A stretch of DNA of 64,000 nt, taken from the NCBI GenBank assembly GCA_964430885.1, contig CAYSHM010000012.1:29188-93187 (forward strand), written 5' to 3'. The notes beneath the pieces are model-generated. The model saw only the letters and a program-made list of their open reading frames with translations. It had not been told where the DNA came from and searched no databases. Both the position numbers and the translations under genes were made by a program. Below are positions 29,142 to 38,326 of this stretch, piece by piece; the first letter of the stretch is position 1, and each line of letters begins with the position of its first letter. The stretch comes from an uncultured archaeon. GTDB taxonomy: Archaea > Thermoplasmatota > Penumbrarchaeia > JASLWR01.

Positions 29142-30515
29142 ATGACTGAAAAGATCATCAGAAAAAGGGTCTCGGTAATTGTAGTGGGCGGAAATGTCGC
29201 AGGTGCATCAACAGCATCAGCTTTGGCAGAAAGGGGGGTAGATGTAATGCTACTTGAGAGGCGGAAGATCAAACAGGTGGGATTCGGTCTGTTCGGTGAT
29301 GCTCTGGCCTATCATCAGTTCAGGTCAGTGGGTATGGAGATTCCGGAAGGTGATTTCATAACCCGCGATCTCACCAATGTCACGGTATATTCACCGGATG
29401 AGACCACATCACTTTCATTTGATAATGTAGGCAAGAGTATAAACAGATATGACTTCAACCAGCATCTGCTGGACCATGCCAGGGCCTCCGGTGTTAAGAT
29501 AGTCGGGTCGACAGTAGGCATTTCACCAATATTGGAGGATGGGTTTGTTGTCGGGCTTGAAGTCAAGGATCCGATAAAGGAAGAAGAATGGATTGTCAGA
29601 TCAGATATTCTGGTAGATGCAACAGGTGTTAAAGGCCACATCCGCCGTCAGCTTCCAGGTGCTTGCCCCATCTCGGAAACCGCACTTTTGAAGGAAACTG
29701 CAATATGCTATGTCGAGGTCAGGGAAAGGGGAAAGTATAAGGAAGAAAGAAAAATGGATGGGAAACCATTCCTTAATGGTTTTTTTTCCCAGGAATTAGC
29801 TCCAGGCGGACTGCATTGGATGGCATCGGATTTTCACAGCAGAGGAACTTATACACTTGGTGTAGGTGTGAGAAATATTGAAGGCCGCCCAAATCCCAAG
29901 GAGCAGTTCTACAAGAAACTGCTCCCCAGATATCCCTTTCTAAAAGGCCTATCCATAGTACAGTCCGGCGGAGGCCTCGTGGCTACAAGGGTGCCCTTAT
30001 CCTCTTTGGTAGGTAATGGAATAGTGGCTGTTGGGGATTCGGGTTATCAGACCTGTCCCATGACGGGATGCGGAATTGCCACATCCATATTCGCCTCGGA
30101 GGTGGCTGCTGATGTAATAACTGAAGCTTTATCAAAGGGAGATGTTTCTGAAACCGCCCTTTGGAGATATAATATTGAGTATTACAAGGGCTATGGCCAC
30201 AGGCAGGCACTAATGCAGGTGCTTTCCGATGGTGTAAGGGAAATGGGTGACCAGGGGTTGAAGGAATTGGCCAATAGCAATATAGTGAACCCTGATGAAA
30301 TTAGCAGAGCGGTCAACGAGGGTAATGGCGAAATAGCCCTAATGAATAAACTTAAGGTGGGTCTTGGGCTTATGTCCCATCCAGGGGTGATATTCAAGTA
30401 CCGATCTCTCCTTATGAAAATGCGCAAGGCCAGAAAACATTTCATGAAATATCCGAAAGATCCCAGGAATCTCTCCAAATGGAAGAAAAAAGCATTGGAA
30501 ATCCTGTACGGCTGA
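29142..30515 (+). CDS. Geranylgeranyl reductase family FAD-dependent oxidoreductase (divergent)
   Basis: VIVVGGNVAG Rossmann motif, INRYDFNQHL, VDATG, VGDSG..PMTGCGI. Confidence 0.8.
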   Translation: MTEKIIRKRVSVIVVGGNVAGASTASALAERGVDVMLLERRKIKQVGFGLFGDALAYHQFRSVGMEIPEGDFITRDLTNVTVYSPDETTSLSFDNVGKSINRYDFNQHLLDHARASGVKIVGSTVGISPILEDGFVVGLEVKDPIKEEEWIVRSDILVDATGVKGHIRRQLPGACPISETALLKETAICYVEVRERGKYKEERKMDGKPFLNGFFSQELAPGGLHWMASDFHSRGTYTLGVGVRNIEGRPNPKEQFYKKLLPRYPFLKGLSIVQSGGGLVATRVPLSSLVGNGIVAVGDSGYQTCPMTGCGIATSIFASEVAADVITEALSKGDVSETALWRYNIEYYKGYGHRQALMQVLSDGVREMGDQGLKELANSNIVNPDEISRAVNEGNGEIALMNKLKVGLGLMSHPGVIFKYRSLLMKMRKARKHFMKYPKDPRNLSKWKKKALEILYG

Positions 30516-30543
30516 ATGCACCTCCAATCACTTTGTAATGGAT

Positions 30544-31791
30544 CTATAATACCTGCCAATTGTGGCGTATGTGGGTAAGGCCTTTTCCCTGAGCAGGGCT
30601 GTGGCCGATTATGAGTTTGACGGCACTCTTTTTGGAATCAAGTTTATCAGTATATCTCCCGCCCCACAGCTCAAGGTCCAATCTATAGGTCCCCTGCATC
30701 AAAGGGATTCTTTCGAGTCGCAAATTGATTTTTATCTTTCCGTCAATACCAGGAATATTAAATGAGTCCAAATGGGTATTGCTTTTGTATACGACCTTTT
30801 CCTTTTCATCGGTAATTATAAACGCAATATGCGGAGATTCGATGATATAATCATGTCTGGCTGACAGCTCCATCTCGATCTCAACATCATCCCCGGTCTT
30901 AACCTCTGCTCTTCGGGGCGCAATGTTTCCGATGGCCCCCAACACAAACCCATTATCGGTCTTACTTGCTTCTCGGGGTTCTGGAGTGCTGTTTTTATCG
31001 GATTTCTTCTTATTCTTTTCATTATTGCTGTGATTGTCAATTCCGTAGGGTCCGAATGAACTCAGATATTTACCAGCCACCGAATCCGGTTCACCTTCAT
31101 GCGTTATGGAACCTCTCTGTAAAAGCACAAGTCTGTCGCAAAGGAGCTTGATATCCCCCAGGCGGTGGGATACTATCACAATTGTTCGCCCTTCCCTTTT
31201 CATTTCCAATAGCTTCTCAATGCATTTATGTCTGAATGATTCATCGCCCACTGCGAAGATCTCATCAATTACAAGTATGTCTGGGTCCACGTGGATCATG
31301 CATGCGAAGGCCAGTCGGGCATACATTCCCGACGAGAAATTTTTGATCTTTACTTCGGGAAAATCCTGAAGTTCGGAGAAATCAAGAATACAATCATATG
31401 ATCGGTTCCAAACCTTCTTAGGGATTCCCATCAAGGCGCCGAAGATATAGATGTTCTCTCTAGCGGTCAATTCTCCTTGGAATCCAACGCCTAGTTCTAG
31501 AAATGGCGTCAATTTACCACTGATCTCTACTCGGCCAGAATCGGGAACCAGTATCCTTGAAATGATCTTCAGCAGCGTGGATTTTCCAGAGCCGTTCTCC
31601 CCGATTATTCCGACACACTGGCCTCGTGGGACCTTTATTGTTATGTCCCTGAGCACCTTTAGCTCCCGTTTTCCTGAAGTACCGGGGAAGAGATTTTCCC
31701 GTATGAATGTAGCTCTGCTCCTTTTCCGTTTATGCGGTATCTTGAATGATATGTTCACTGAGTCCAGTTCAATGGCATTATTTACATCCAT
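30544..31791 (-). CDS. wzt: Polysaccharide ABC exporter ATPase (Wzt-type) with C-terminal Wzt_C-like domain
   Basis: GENGSGKST, LELGVGF, LTARENI, FSSGMYARLAF, DEIFAVGDESF, VSH; C-terminal Ig-like extension (LMQGTYRL). Confidence 0.85.
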   Translation of the reverse strand: MDVNNAIELDSVNISFKIPHKRKRSRATFIRENLFPGTSGKRELKVLRDITIKVPRGQCVGIIGENGSGKSTLLKIISRILVPDSGRVEISGKLTPFLELGVGFQGELTARENIYIFGALMGIPKKVWNRSYDCILDFSELQDFPEVKIKNFSSGMYARLAFACMIHVDPDILVIDEIFAVGDESFRHKCIEKLLEMKREGRTIVIVSHRLGDIKLLCDRLVLLQRGSITHEGEPDSVAGKYLSSFGPYGIDNHSNNEKNKKKSDKNSTPEPREASKTDNGFVLGAIGNIAPRRAEVKTGDDVEIEMELSARHDYIIESPHIAFIITDEKEKVVYKSNTHLDSFNIPGIDGKIKINLRLERIPLMQGTYRLDLELWGGRYTDKLDSKKSAVKLIIGHSPAQGKGLTHIRHNWQVL

Positions 31792-31793
31792 TA

Positions 31794-32582
31794 TCAGACC
31801 ACCTTACCAATTCTATTTTTCAGGCAATTGAAGATGATGACCCCCGAAAGCAGAATGAACAGACAGCTTGCTAGGGGATATATGAAAGTCTTTATTCCCG
31901 GAATGTTGCCGAAAATAAGAACCTCCCTTGAACCGGTTATAATATCCGAAAGCGGATTTATATGCATGAATCTCTCGTATCTATATGGAATTACTTTCAT
32001 GGGATAGAAAATGGGCGTCGCAAAGAATCCTGCGAATATGACCACCTCCCATATATGAGAGATGTCTCTGAAGTATACATAAATGGGTGAAAGGGCCAAG
32101 GCCAATCCCAGTATGAAAATGAACTCCAGCAGAAGGAAATAAGGAAAAATTAGTATGGTGGGAGTGATGCTAATTTCGAAAAAGAAGGATAGAATAATAA
32201 TGAAAATGAAAAAAACACCTACTTCAAGTATTGTTTTGATCAGGGCGGTAAGAACGGCCGAGGCAGGAAGCAGCTCTCTGGGAAAGTAAACTTTTCGGAC
32301 TATATAAGCATTATCTCCTATGGCCCTCATTCCGTGTGTCGTACCGTAGGTGAAGCCTCTCCATAGCAGCACCCCTATGACAAGAAAAACCGAATATGGG
32401 GTATTTACCTCAAATCTTCCAGGGAAAAAATAACTGAAAACAACGGTCAGTACAAGGATAGTAAAGGCGGGATTCAGAACCGACCAAAGAAATCCCAATG
32501 CCGAATTCCTGTAGTGAAGTTTCAGAGTTGTAAGGGCCAGTCTTTTGACCAGTTCCAACTTTTCCGCTGAGAGCTTGTACAT
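31794..32582 (-). CDS. wzm: Polysaccharide ABC exporter permease (Wzm-type)
   Basis: YRNSALGFLWSVLNP, KVYFPRE, FRDISHIW, TPIFYP, NPL. Confidence 0.88.
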   Translation of the reverse strand: MYKLSAEKLELVKRLALTTLKLHYRNSALGFLWSVLNPAFTILVLTVVFSYFFPGRFEVNTPYSVFLVIGVLLWRGFTYGTTHGMRAIGDNAYIVRKVYFPRELLPASAVLTALIKTILEVGVFFIFIIILSFFFEISITPTILIFPYFLLLEFIFILGLALALSPIYVYFRDISHIWEVVIFAGFFATPIFYPMKVIPYRYERFMHINPLSDIITGSREVLIFGNIPGIKTFIYPLASCLFILLSGVIIFNCLKNRIGKVV

Positions 32583-32717
32583 TTGAAGACCTTGAAATAC
32601 CGATAAGTATTATTGAATATGTAAATATTCCGGTATTGGAAAACTCCGCTGGTTTATGTTTCCCTGTTACGGGAGCCAGATAAAATGCGGTTTTTTGATA
32701 TTAAAAGGCCAAGGCAG

Positions 32718-34343
32718 TTACCTGGAAACATGGAAATTATGTTGGAGAGCGGATCTTAGAAATTCCAAGAATATCGGAGCCGGTCTTTGTGGTTTGGATC
32801 GGAATTCAGGATGGAACTGACAGCCAAAGAAGAAGGGGTGGTCCTTGAGCTCCAATATCTCCATTCTCCTGCCATCTGGTGACTTGCCTGAGAAAATGAG
32901 ATTTTCACCCTGTATCCTTGAGATGTAATCCGGATTCACCTCATAGCGGTGCCTGTGTCTTTCCAGAATTTCTTCTGTCCCATAGATATCATAGGCTCTG
33001 CTGTCCTTGTTTATCAATATCCTGTGGGCGCCTCTGCGCATTGTTGCCCCCATTCTATCCTCCTTCAACTGTTCTGGAAGCAGGTCTATAACAGGATGCG
33101 GAGTAGATTGGTCGAACTCAGTTCCATTTGCATCTTCAAGGCCAACTTGGTTCCTGGAATATTCTATTACTGCCATTTCAAATCCCAAACATATTCCCAG
33201 GAATGGAACTTTGTTATTCCTGGCATACTCTACAGCGGCGATTTTCCCCTCTATTCCCCTGATGCCGAAACCCCCTGGGATCAGGATGCCCTGAACGTTT
33301 TTGAGAATATTCCAAGCTTTTTCCCCCCTTTTGTCATCCCGTTCAAGATCTTCAGAACTCACCCATTTCATTATACAGTTAGTGTCAAGTTCGGAGCTTG
33401 AATGGGTCAATGCTTTGAGATGAGATATATAGGAATCCTTGAGCCCCGTATATTTACCGACCAAGGCTATCTTCACCTCTTTTTGCGGCTCGGTGAGCCT
33501 TCTAACATATACTTCCCATTCTGTTAGGTCAGGTGTTTGGGGATTGAGCTTTAATTTCTTCTGAATGATCGTCGATACGTTCTCTTCCTCAAACAGCAGG
33601 GGCACCTGGTGGACCTGTTCCACATCATACACCGAAAAGACCTCTTCTTCCTTGATATTGCAGAAAAGAGATATTTTTCTTTTCACATTGTCCGAAAGGC
33701 GGTGTTTAGACCTGCACATGATGATATCGGGCTGTATTCCCACACGCATGAGTTCCTTCACGGAATGCTGGGTAGGCTTTGTCTTCTGTTCACCAACCAC
33801 ACCCAGTACCGGAACCAATGTCGAATGGATCACTAGAACGTTTTTTTTACCATGCTTGTTTCTCAGTTCCCTTACAGCTTCCAGAAAAGGCATGGATTCG
33901 ATATCGCCTACTGTCCCTCCGAGTTCGATAAGTGTGATCTCGGCTCCGGTATTTCGAGATACCTCTTCGAATCTGCTGATGATCTCATTCATTATGTGCG
34001 GGATGATCTGGACGGTCTTGCCGAGATATTCACCCTTTCTTTCCTTCTGGATAACGGATTGGTACACCTTTCCAGTGGTAATATTGTGTTCAGAGGTCAG
34101 ATTGATGTCCAGAAATCTTTCATAATTCCCTAGGTCTAGGTCAACTTCCGTTCCATCATCAAGTACAAAAACCTCTCCATGCTCAAAGGGATTCATTGTT
34201 CCTGCATCCACATTGAGATATGGATCTACCTTTATAACGGTGATTTTATAACCGCATTCCTTCAGAAGAAGACCAATGGAAGAAGTGATCACGCCCTTGC
34301 CCAATCCGGACAGGACCCCGCCGGCAACTACTATGAACTTCAT
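32718..34343 (-). CDS. pyrG: CTP synthase
   Basis: [59 protein letters not shown]. Confidence 0.98.
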   Translation of the reverse strand: MKFIVVAGGVLSGLGKGVITSSIGLLLKECGYKITVIKVDPYLNVDAGTMNPFEHGEVFVLDDGTEVDLDLGNYERFLDINLTSEHNITTGKVYQSVIQKERKGEYLGKTVQIIPHIMNEIISRFEEVSRNTGAEITLIELGGTVGDIESMPFLEAVRELRNKHGKKNVLVIHSTLVPVLGVVGEQKTKPTQHSVKELMRVGIQPDIIMCRSKHRLSDNVKRKISLFCNIKEEEVFSVYDVEQVHQVPLLFEEENVSTIIQKKLKLNPQTPDLTEWEVYVRRLTEPQKEVKIALVGKYTGLKDSYISHLKALTHSSSELDTNCIMKWVSSEDLERDDKRGEKAWNILKNVQGILIPGGFGIRGIEGKIAAVEYARNNKVPFLGICLGFEMAVIEYSRNQVGLEDANGTEFDQSTPHPVIDLLPEQLKEDRMGATMRRGAHRILINKDSRAYDIYGTEEILERHRHRYEVNPDYISRIQGENLIFSGKSPDGRRMEILELKDHPFFFGCQFHPEFRSKPQRPAPIFLEFLRSALQHNFHVSR

Positions 34344-34482
34344 AATATCAACGGGAACCTGAAAAAGTGTTTGAACAATATATAACTTCCCACCAAAGTA
34401 GGAGATGGTTGGAATTTAAAGGATAATTCACAGAAAAAGAAATTCTTTTTTGATCTTAGACTTACTGAAAAAAGTAGCTAGA

Positions 34483-35628
34483 TCATCCCCAACCATTGGG
34501 TGAATCAAAGGTTGTTATATCAAAAACACCGCATGAATGAAGCAGATCCCCGCACTTCTGTTTCTCTGTATGGGTAGCCTCGATTTCCATGCCAAGCTCA
34601 ACTTTCTGTGAGGCATCCCTCTGGTATTCCACCCCGAACACGATCTCGAAGCCCAGATCTCTGGACTTATTCTTCTCGGTGAAGTGATCATAGAAATTGA
34701 TGTTTGCCATAACCCCCGCGCTTTTCACATGATCAACCAGCTGTCTTACTTCCTGCCGTAGGTTCTTCTCGTACCCCACGGAACCCTTTCCCCTTCCCTT
34801 CTTGGAATAGAGAGGTATCCTGACATCGAAAGAGGCCGGTTTGAACTGCACCCATTTCATCTGAATGGATATAACATTTCTTTTTTCCGGGGCGAATACG
34901 GAATTGGAAAAGGTTCCGAAATTGAAGAATCCCGTTGCATCAGTATACTTCCATTGGGATTGCATCTTGGATATTTTGGGGGGGGCTACCTCATCCTGTT
35001 TTTCTTCCGATATCAGATATTCCATCTTGTGGGTGACATCAATTCCACCCAGCAGTGCCTTTCCGTCGGGGTTGATCCTCAGAAGCGACCCCTTCCTGAG
35101 CATACCCACAAAAGTGAGTGTCTCCTCAGTATCCATATTTGTTATGGATGGATTCCTAACATTGTCATTGGGCTTTATTATGATGGTAGGCCGTACACTA
35201 CGGACCGATTTGTTGAACTCGAACCAGGTATCGTCTGGCTTAAGTTCCCTTGAAGGTGATTCGATGAACTCAGGGGGATTTTCCTCAATGTCAGGTGGCT
35301 GTCCTATGGTGGCTTCTACAATATTGCTAATGGATTCTACCGTGCCCGCACCGGTAAGGAGCTCTTTCACTGTTAGGAAGAACCTTTTTCTGTAAGGCTC
35401 CCTTCGTTCTCCCGGAAGTCTGGGCACGCCGAATAGGGCCCCCATCCTCTCAAGGGCATCAAGGTCCGCATGATGAAACCATTTTGAACGCATGAGGTCA
35501 GAAAGGTTGTCCTCAAATGTGCTAATCTCCTTACCGAAGCTCCCTATGAACCGATGTATAAGAGAATTATCCCTATAAGCCTGCATGTATAGGGGCAAAC
35601 GATTTATTATGCGTTCGATGTTAAGCAT
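34483..35628 (-). CDS. Baseplate wedge / tail-formation protein (P2 gpI / Mu gp48-like N-terminus)
   Basis: RLP.Y..LIHRFIGSFG..ADLDALERMGALFGVPRLPGE..YRKRF..GAGTVESI..V..VKSAGV, directly downstream of a baseplate J gene. Start placed at ATG 35628 (MLNIER). Confidence 0.7.
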   Translation of the reverse strand: MLNIERIINRLPLYMQAYRDNSLIHRFIGSFGKEISTFEDNLSDLMRSKWFHHADLDALERMGALFGVPRLPGERREPYRKRFFLTVKELLTGAGTVESISNIVEATIGQPPDIEENPPEFIESPSRELKPDDTWFEFNKSVRSVRPTIIIKPNDNVRNPSITNMDTEETLTFVGMLRKGSLLRINPDGKALLGGIDVTHKMEYLISEEKQDEVAPPKISKMQSQWKYTDATGFFNFGTFSNSVFAPEKRNVISIQMKWVQFKPASFDVRIPLYSKKGRGKGSVGYEKNLRQEVRQLVDHVKSAGVMANINFYDHFTEKNKSRDLGFEIVFGVEYQRDASQKVELGMEIEATHTEKQKCGDLLHSCGVFDITTFDSPNGWG

Positions 35629-35704
35629 GTTCTTTCCTCTTTGTCCTATTGATCCTTTATCTTCTTCTATACACTTTTTGAATGGGATTCCCAAACTGCG
35701 CGGT

Positions 35705-37198
35705 TCAATCCACGACTTCCATATTGATATCCCTTAATTTTACCAGCTCATCATCCTTTATGGGCAGGTTATCCCTGGTATAGTCAATGGCTACACCGGA
35801 TGATTCGTAAAGAGCGGAAATTGAGAAATCCAGAAGTTCAGATATTCCTTTAACTCCTTTGATAAGGTTCTTTACTCTCAGATAGTCCACAGGTTCACCA
35901 GTTCTGAGTTTCTCGAAATGAAGAGCTATCTGGGTCTCAATGCCTTCGATTATTCGCTGTTCAGCTATGGTCTTCTTGGTTGGAACCACCCTTAGGTTGA
36001 GATCCACCCTAACATAAGAGACCAATGTGGGTGTAAACTGGGTCTTGACGCTAATGTTCTCCAGTTCCGCTCTTTCATATTCTCCGATCTCCATATCTCT
36101 AGTAGACTCGTCTATCCTTTTTCTGGTATCCTCGACCAAACCCCTTATTTTTTCATCGAAGATCCTGGTGATTATCTTGATATCCTGAAGATTTTCAACA
36201 TTCTCGTTTTTGAAAACAGCAGTGACCATCTTGTTCCTGCTTACGTTATCTCCGCTGCCCAGGGATTCAATATAATCGGCTATGTTGTCTTTAATGGAAT
36301 CCAAAGCTCCGTCCAGTTCTTCCTCGGTCCTTGGAATGTCTGTGAGGTTTAGGAAAATGTCTATGGAAGTTCTGACGAGGGTGGTAGATTTGAGATTGAC
36401 CTGAATTCCAGCAGGCCTTACCCTTTCGATGGCCTTCTGGACATTTTTGTAGGATTCGCTCTCGGGATCCTCCAGGTTGGGTCCGTCAACAATGACATCG
36501 ATCTCTCCTGGCACTCCTTCGGGCATATCCAGGACTGAAACATCTCTGACCCCCGGGATTGCCATGATGGAATTTTTAATCGAATCCACAGTGGTCTTTC
36601 CTGCTGAAAGCACTACTGCTTTGGCTCTAGCCCTCAGTTCCTCGTCGCTTTCTCTCTCAGTTCCTATCGTGGTCGGTTTCTTGTTAATGACCTTGTCGAT
36701 CCCGATTATGGGACTTTCCAGTTTGGTTATTGTCTCGAAATCCGCCATACCATCCTTTCCGGGATCAAGGGCCTTGATGGGAACTTCGATCTCGTTCTCT
36801 CCCCTGGTCAGAGTCAATGTTATTGAGGTCTCGAAGATCTTCATGTTGGATGCCTTGGTTTCCTGGGTGGAGACAAGTGTGCCCCTAGGTATTGTAACCT
36901 CTTTATTGGCATTCCTACGGGAAAATGTTACAGAGCCGGTAGCGTATTGAGCAGATTTCCGAGCTACTCCGAGGATAGCCACAACCATATCCAGAGCCGC
37001 ACCGTTTGCAGAGTCCACGAAACCTGCATTATATGCGGCCTGCATTTGCTCGTACATGGTGGCTATCTCCCTTCCAACAGCTTCAACCATGGTCCTGGCT
37101 ACGGAGCCGACATTTGTATCAGAAACAGGTGAATTATCATGCATATCCTTTATTATGGAATCCACTACCTGTCTGTAGGATTTTCTTTTGAATACCAA
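35705..37198 (-). CDS. Baseplate J-like protein (P2 gpJ / Mu gp47 / T4 gp6 family)
   Basis: SDTNVGSVARTMVEA, FVDSANGAALD..LGVARK..ATGSVTF, IPRGT.VST, ESDEELRARA, IPGVRDV, VRPAGI. GGAGTGA SD right after the upstream stop favours TTG 37198. Confidence 0.9.
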   Translation of the reverse strand: MVFKRKSYRQVVDSIIKDMHDNSPVSDTNVGSVARTMVEAVGREIATMYEQMQAAYNAGFVDSANGAALDMVVAILGVARKSAQYATGSVTFSRRNANKEVTIPRGTLVSTQETKASNMKIFETSITLTLTRGENEIEVPIKALDPGKDGMADFETITKLESPIIGIDKVINKKPTTIGTERESDEELRARAKAVVLSAGKTTVDSIKNSIMAIPGVRDVSVLDMPEGVPGEIDVIVDGPNLEDPESESYKNVQKAIERVRPAGIQVNLKSTTLVRTSIDIFLNLTDIPRTEEELDGALDSIKDNIADYIESLGSGDNVSRNKMVTAVFKNENVENLQDIKIITRIFDEKIRGLVEDTRKRIDESTRDMEIGEYERAELENISVKTQFTPTLVSYVRVDLNLRVVPTKKTIAEQRIIEGIETQIALHFEKLRTGEPVDYLRVKNLIKGVKGISELLDFSISALYESSGVAIDYTRDNLPIKDDELVKLRDINMEVVD

Positions 37199-37211
37199 TT
37201 GGATCACTCCT

Positions 37212-37658
37212 TCATTCTTCAAGATAAAGCGGATATTTGATCTTTAATTTCTCTTTTGTCTTGGCAAGTTCCACCTGCAGTGAGATAAATACCAAACTGG
37301 GATCTTTAGGGGATGCGTATGCAATTATTTTCTCAATGTTCCTAATACGGGGTTCTTTTTCCAAACAGTCCCGTACCAGGGTTTCGATTATTCTGTGGGT
37401 GTCAGGGATATTGGGTTCTCCGATGATCTCCTCAAGAAGTGACCCGTAATTTGGATGACCCAAGGGCGCCAATTCACCCTGCCGGGTTATCAATCGGTGC
37501 CTGATGGCCTGAACCATGAGATCCCTATCTTCAACAGTATCAAGGTCTCCTTTACCGTCAATGACGGCATCGGTAGTAATTTCCCCATTCTCGTTCTCCT
37601 CGGACATTATCCTTATGTCCCGTCCGTAGGAATCCACTTTTTTTGCCATTATGACCAT
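37212..37658 (-). CDS. GPW/gp25-family baseplate wedge (sheath-initiator) protein
   Basis: GDLDTV..QAIRHRLITRQGEL..HPNYGSLL..IGEP..L..EPRI, the typical gp25/gpW/Afp9 pattern. Confidence 0.88.
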   Translation of the reverse strand: MVIMAKKVDSYGRDIRIMSEENENGEITTDAVIDGKGDLDTVEDRDLMVQAIRHRLITRQGELAPLGHPNYGSLLEEIIGEPNIPDTHRIIETLVRDCLEKEPRIRNIEKIIAYASPKDPSLVFISLQVELAKTKEKLKIKYPLYLEE

Positions 37659-38040
37659 CCGAATCTACGTATGCATACACTAAGTGATGAACTATATTTT
37701 TATTGCAATCAAATAGCCTTAGAATATCAGATAGGCACCAATGAGAAGTTTATTAATTTAAAGTTTCTGATATTAATATATTTATCATACTCAATGTAGG
37801 GTTTTTTATATGATATCATTTCAAAATTCCAAAAGGAGTATTTTATCCCTTGAAGAATTACATAATGGAAATCTTACCCCCAATTTCATTTAAAACCCTA
37901 TCTCTACTTTCCTCCTTTCTCTTAACTAGAATGAAGCCTTGTCGTTTCATCTAATTAATATCAATAAAAACCTTCAATTCCTGCACAAAAATATAACGGT
38001 GTGATATTTGTTCGAAATGGTATAAATATATTGATCAACC

Positions 38041-38243
38041 ATATACCTATTGTAATATGCTATACCAATAGATTTCAACTAATAGAACACAATGAATAAT
38101 GTTCATTGACGGTGTATTCGAAGAAAAATTGATGTAATTATCACGAATTGAGAATGGCGGCATTGTTGAATTACAGCGTGTTTGAAATTCGGGAGTTTCT
38201 GAAAACAGGTCAAAATCATTATATTCTATGATATACCTATTGT
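38041..38243. repeat. 13-bp direct repeat ATATACCTATTGT (38041-38053 and 38231-38243) in the divergent intergenic region
   Basis: Two exact copies 190 bp apart. Confidence 0.8.
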
Positions 38244-38326
38244 TTTAATGGATTTATTGAAATCATTTTGACGATGTTGGTGTTTGATAATCGATAGATA
38301 ATTAATTACCAAAACGAGGGATTGAT

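Noticed and set aside
34483-37658. Calling the baseplate genes a prophage or a complete T6SS/eCIS
   Set aside because: No capsid, terminase, integrase, sheath, tube, spike or membrane-complex genes are visible, and the flanks are host genes.
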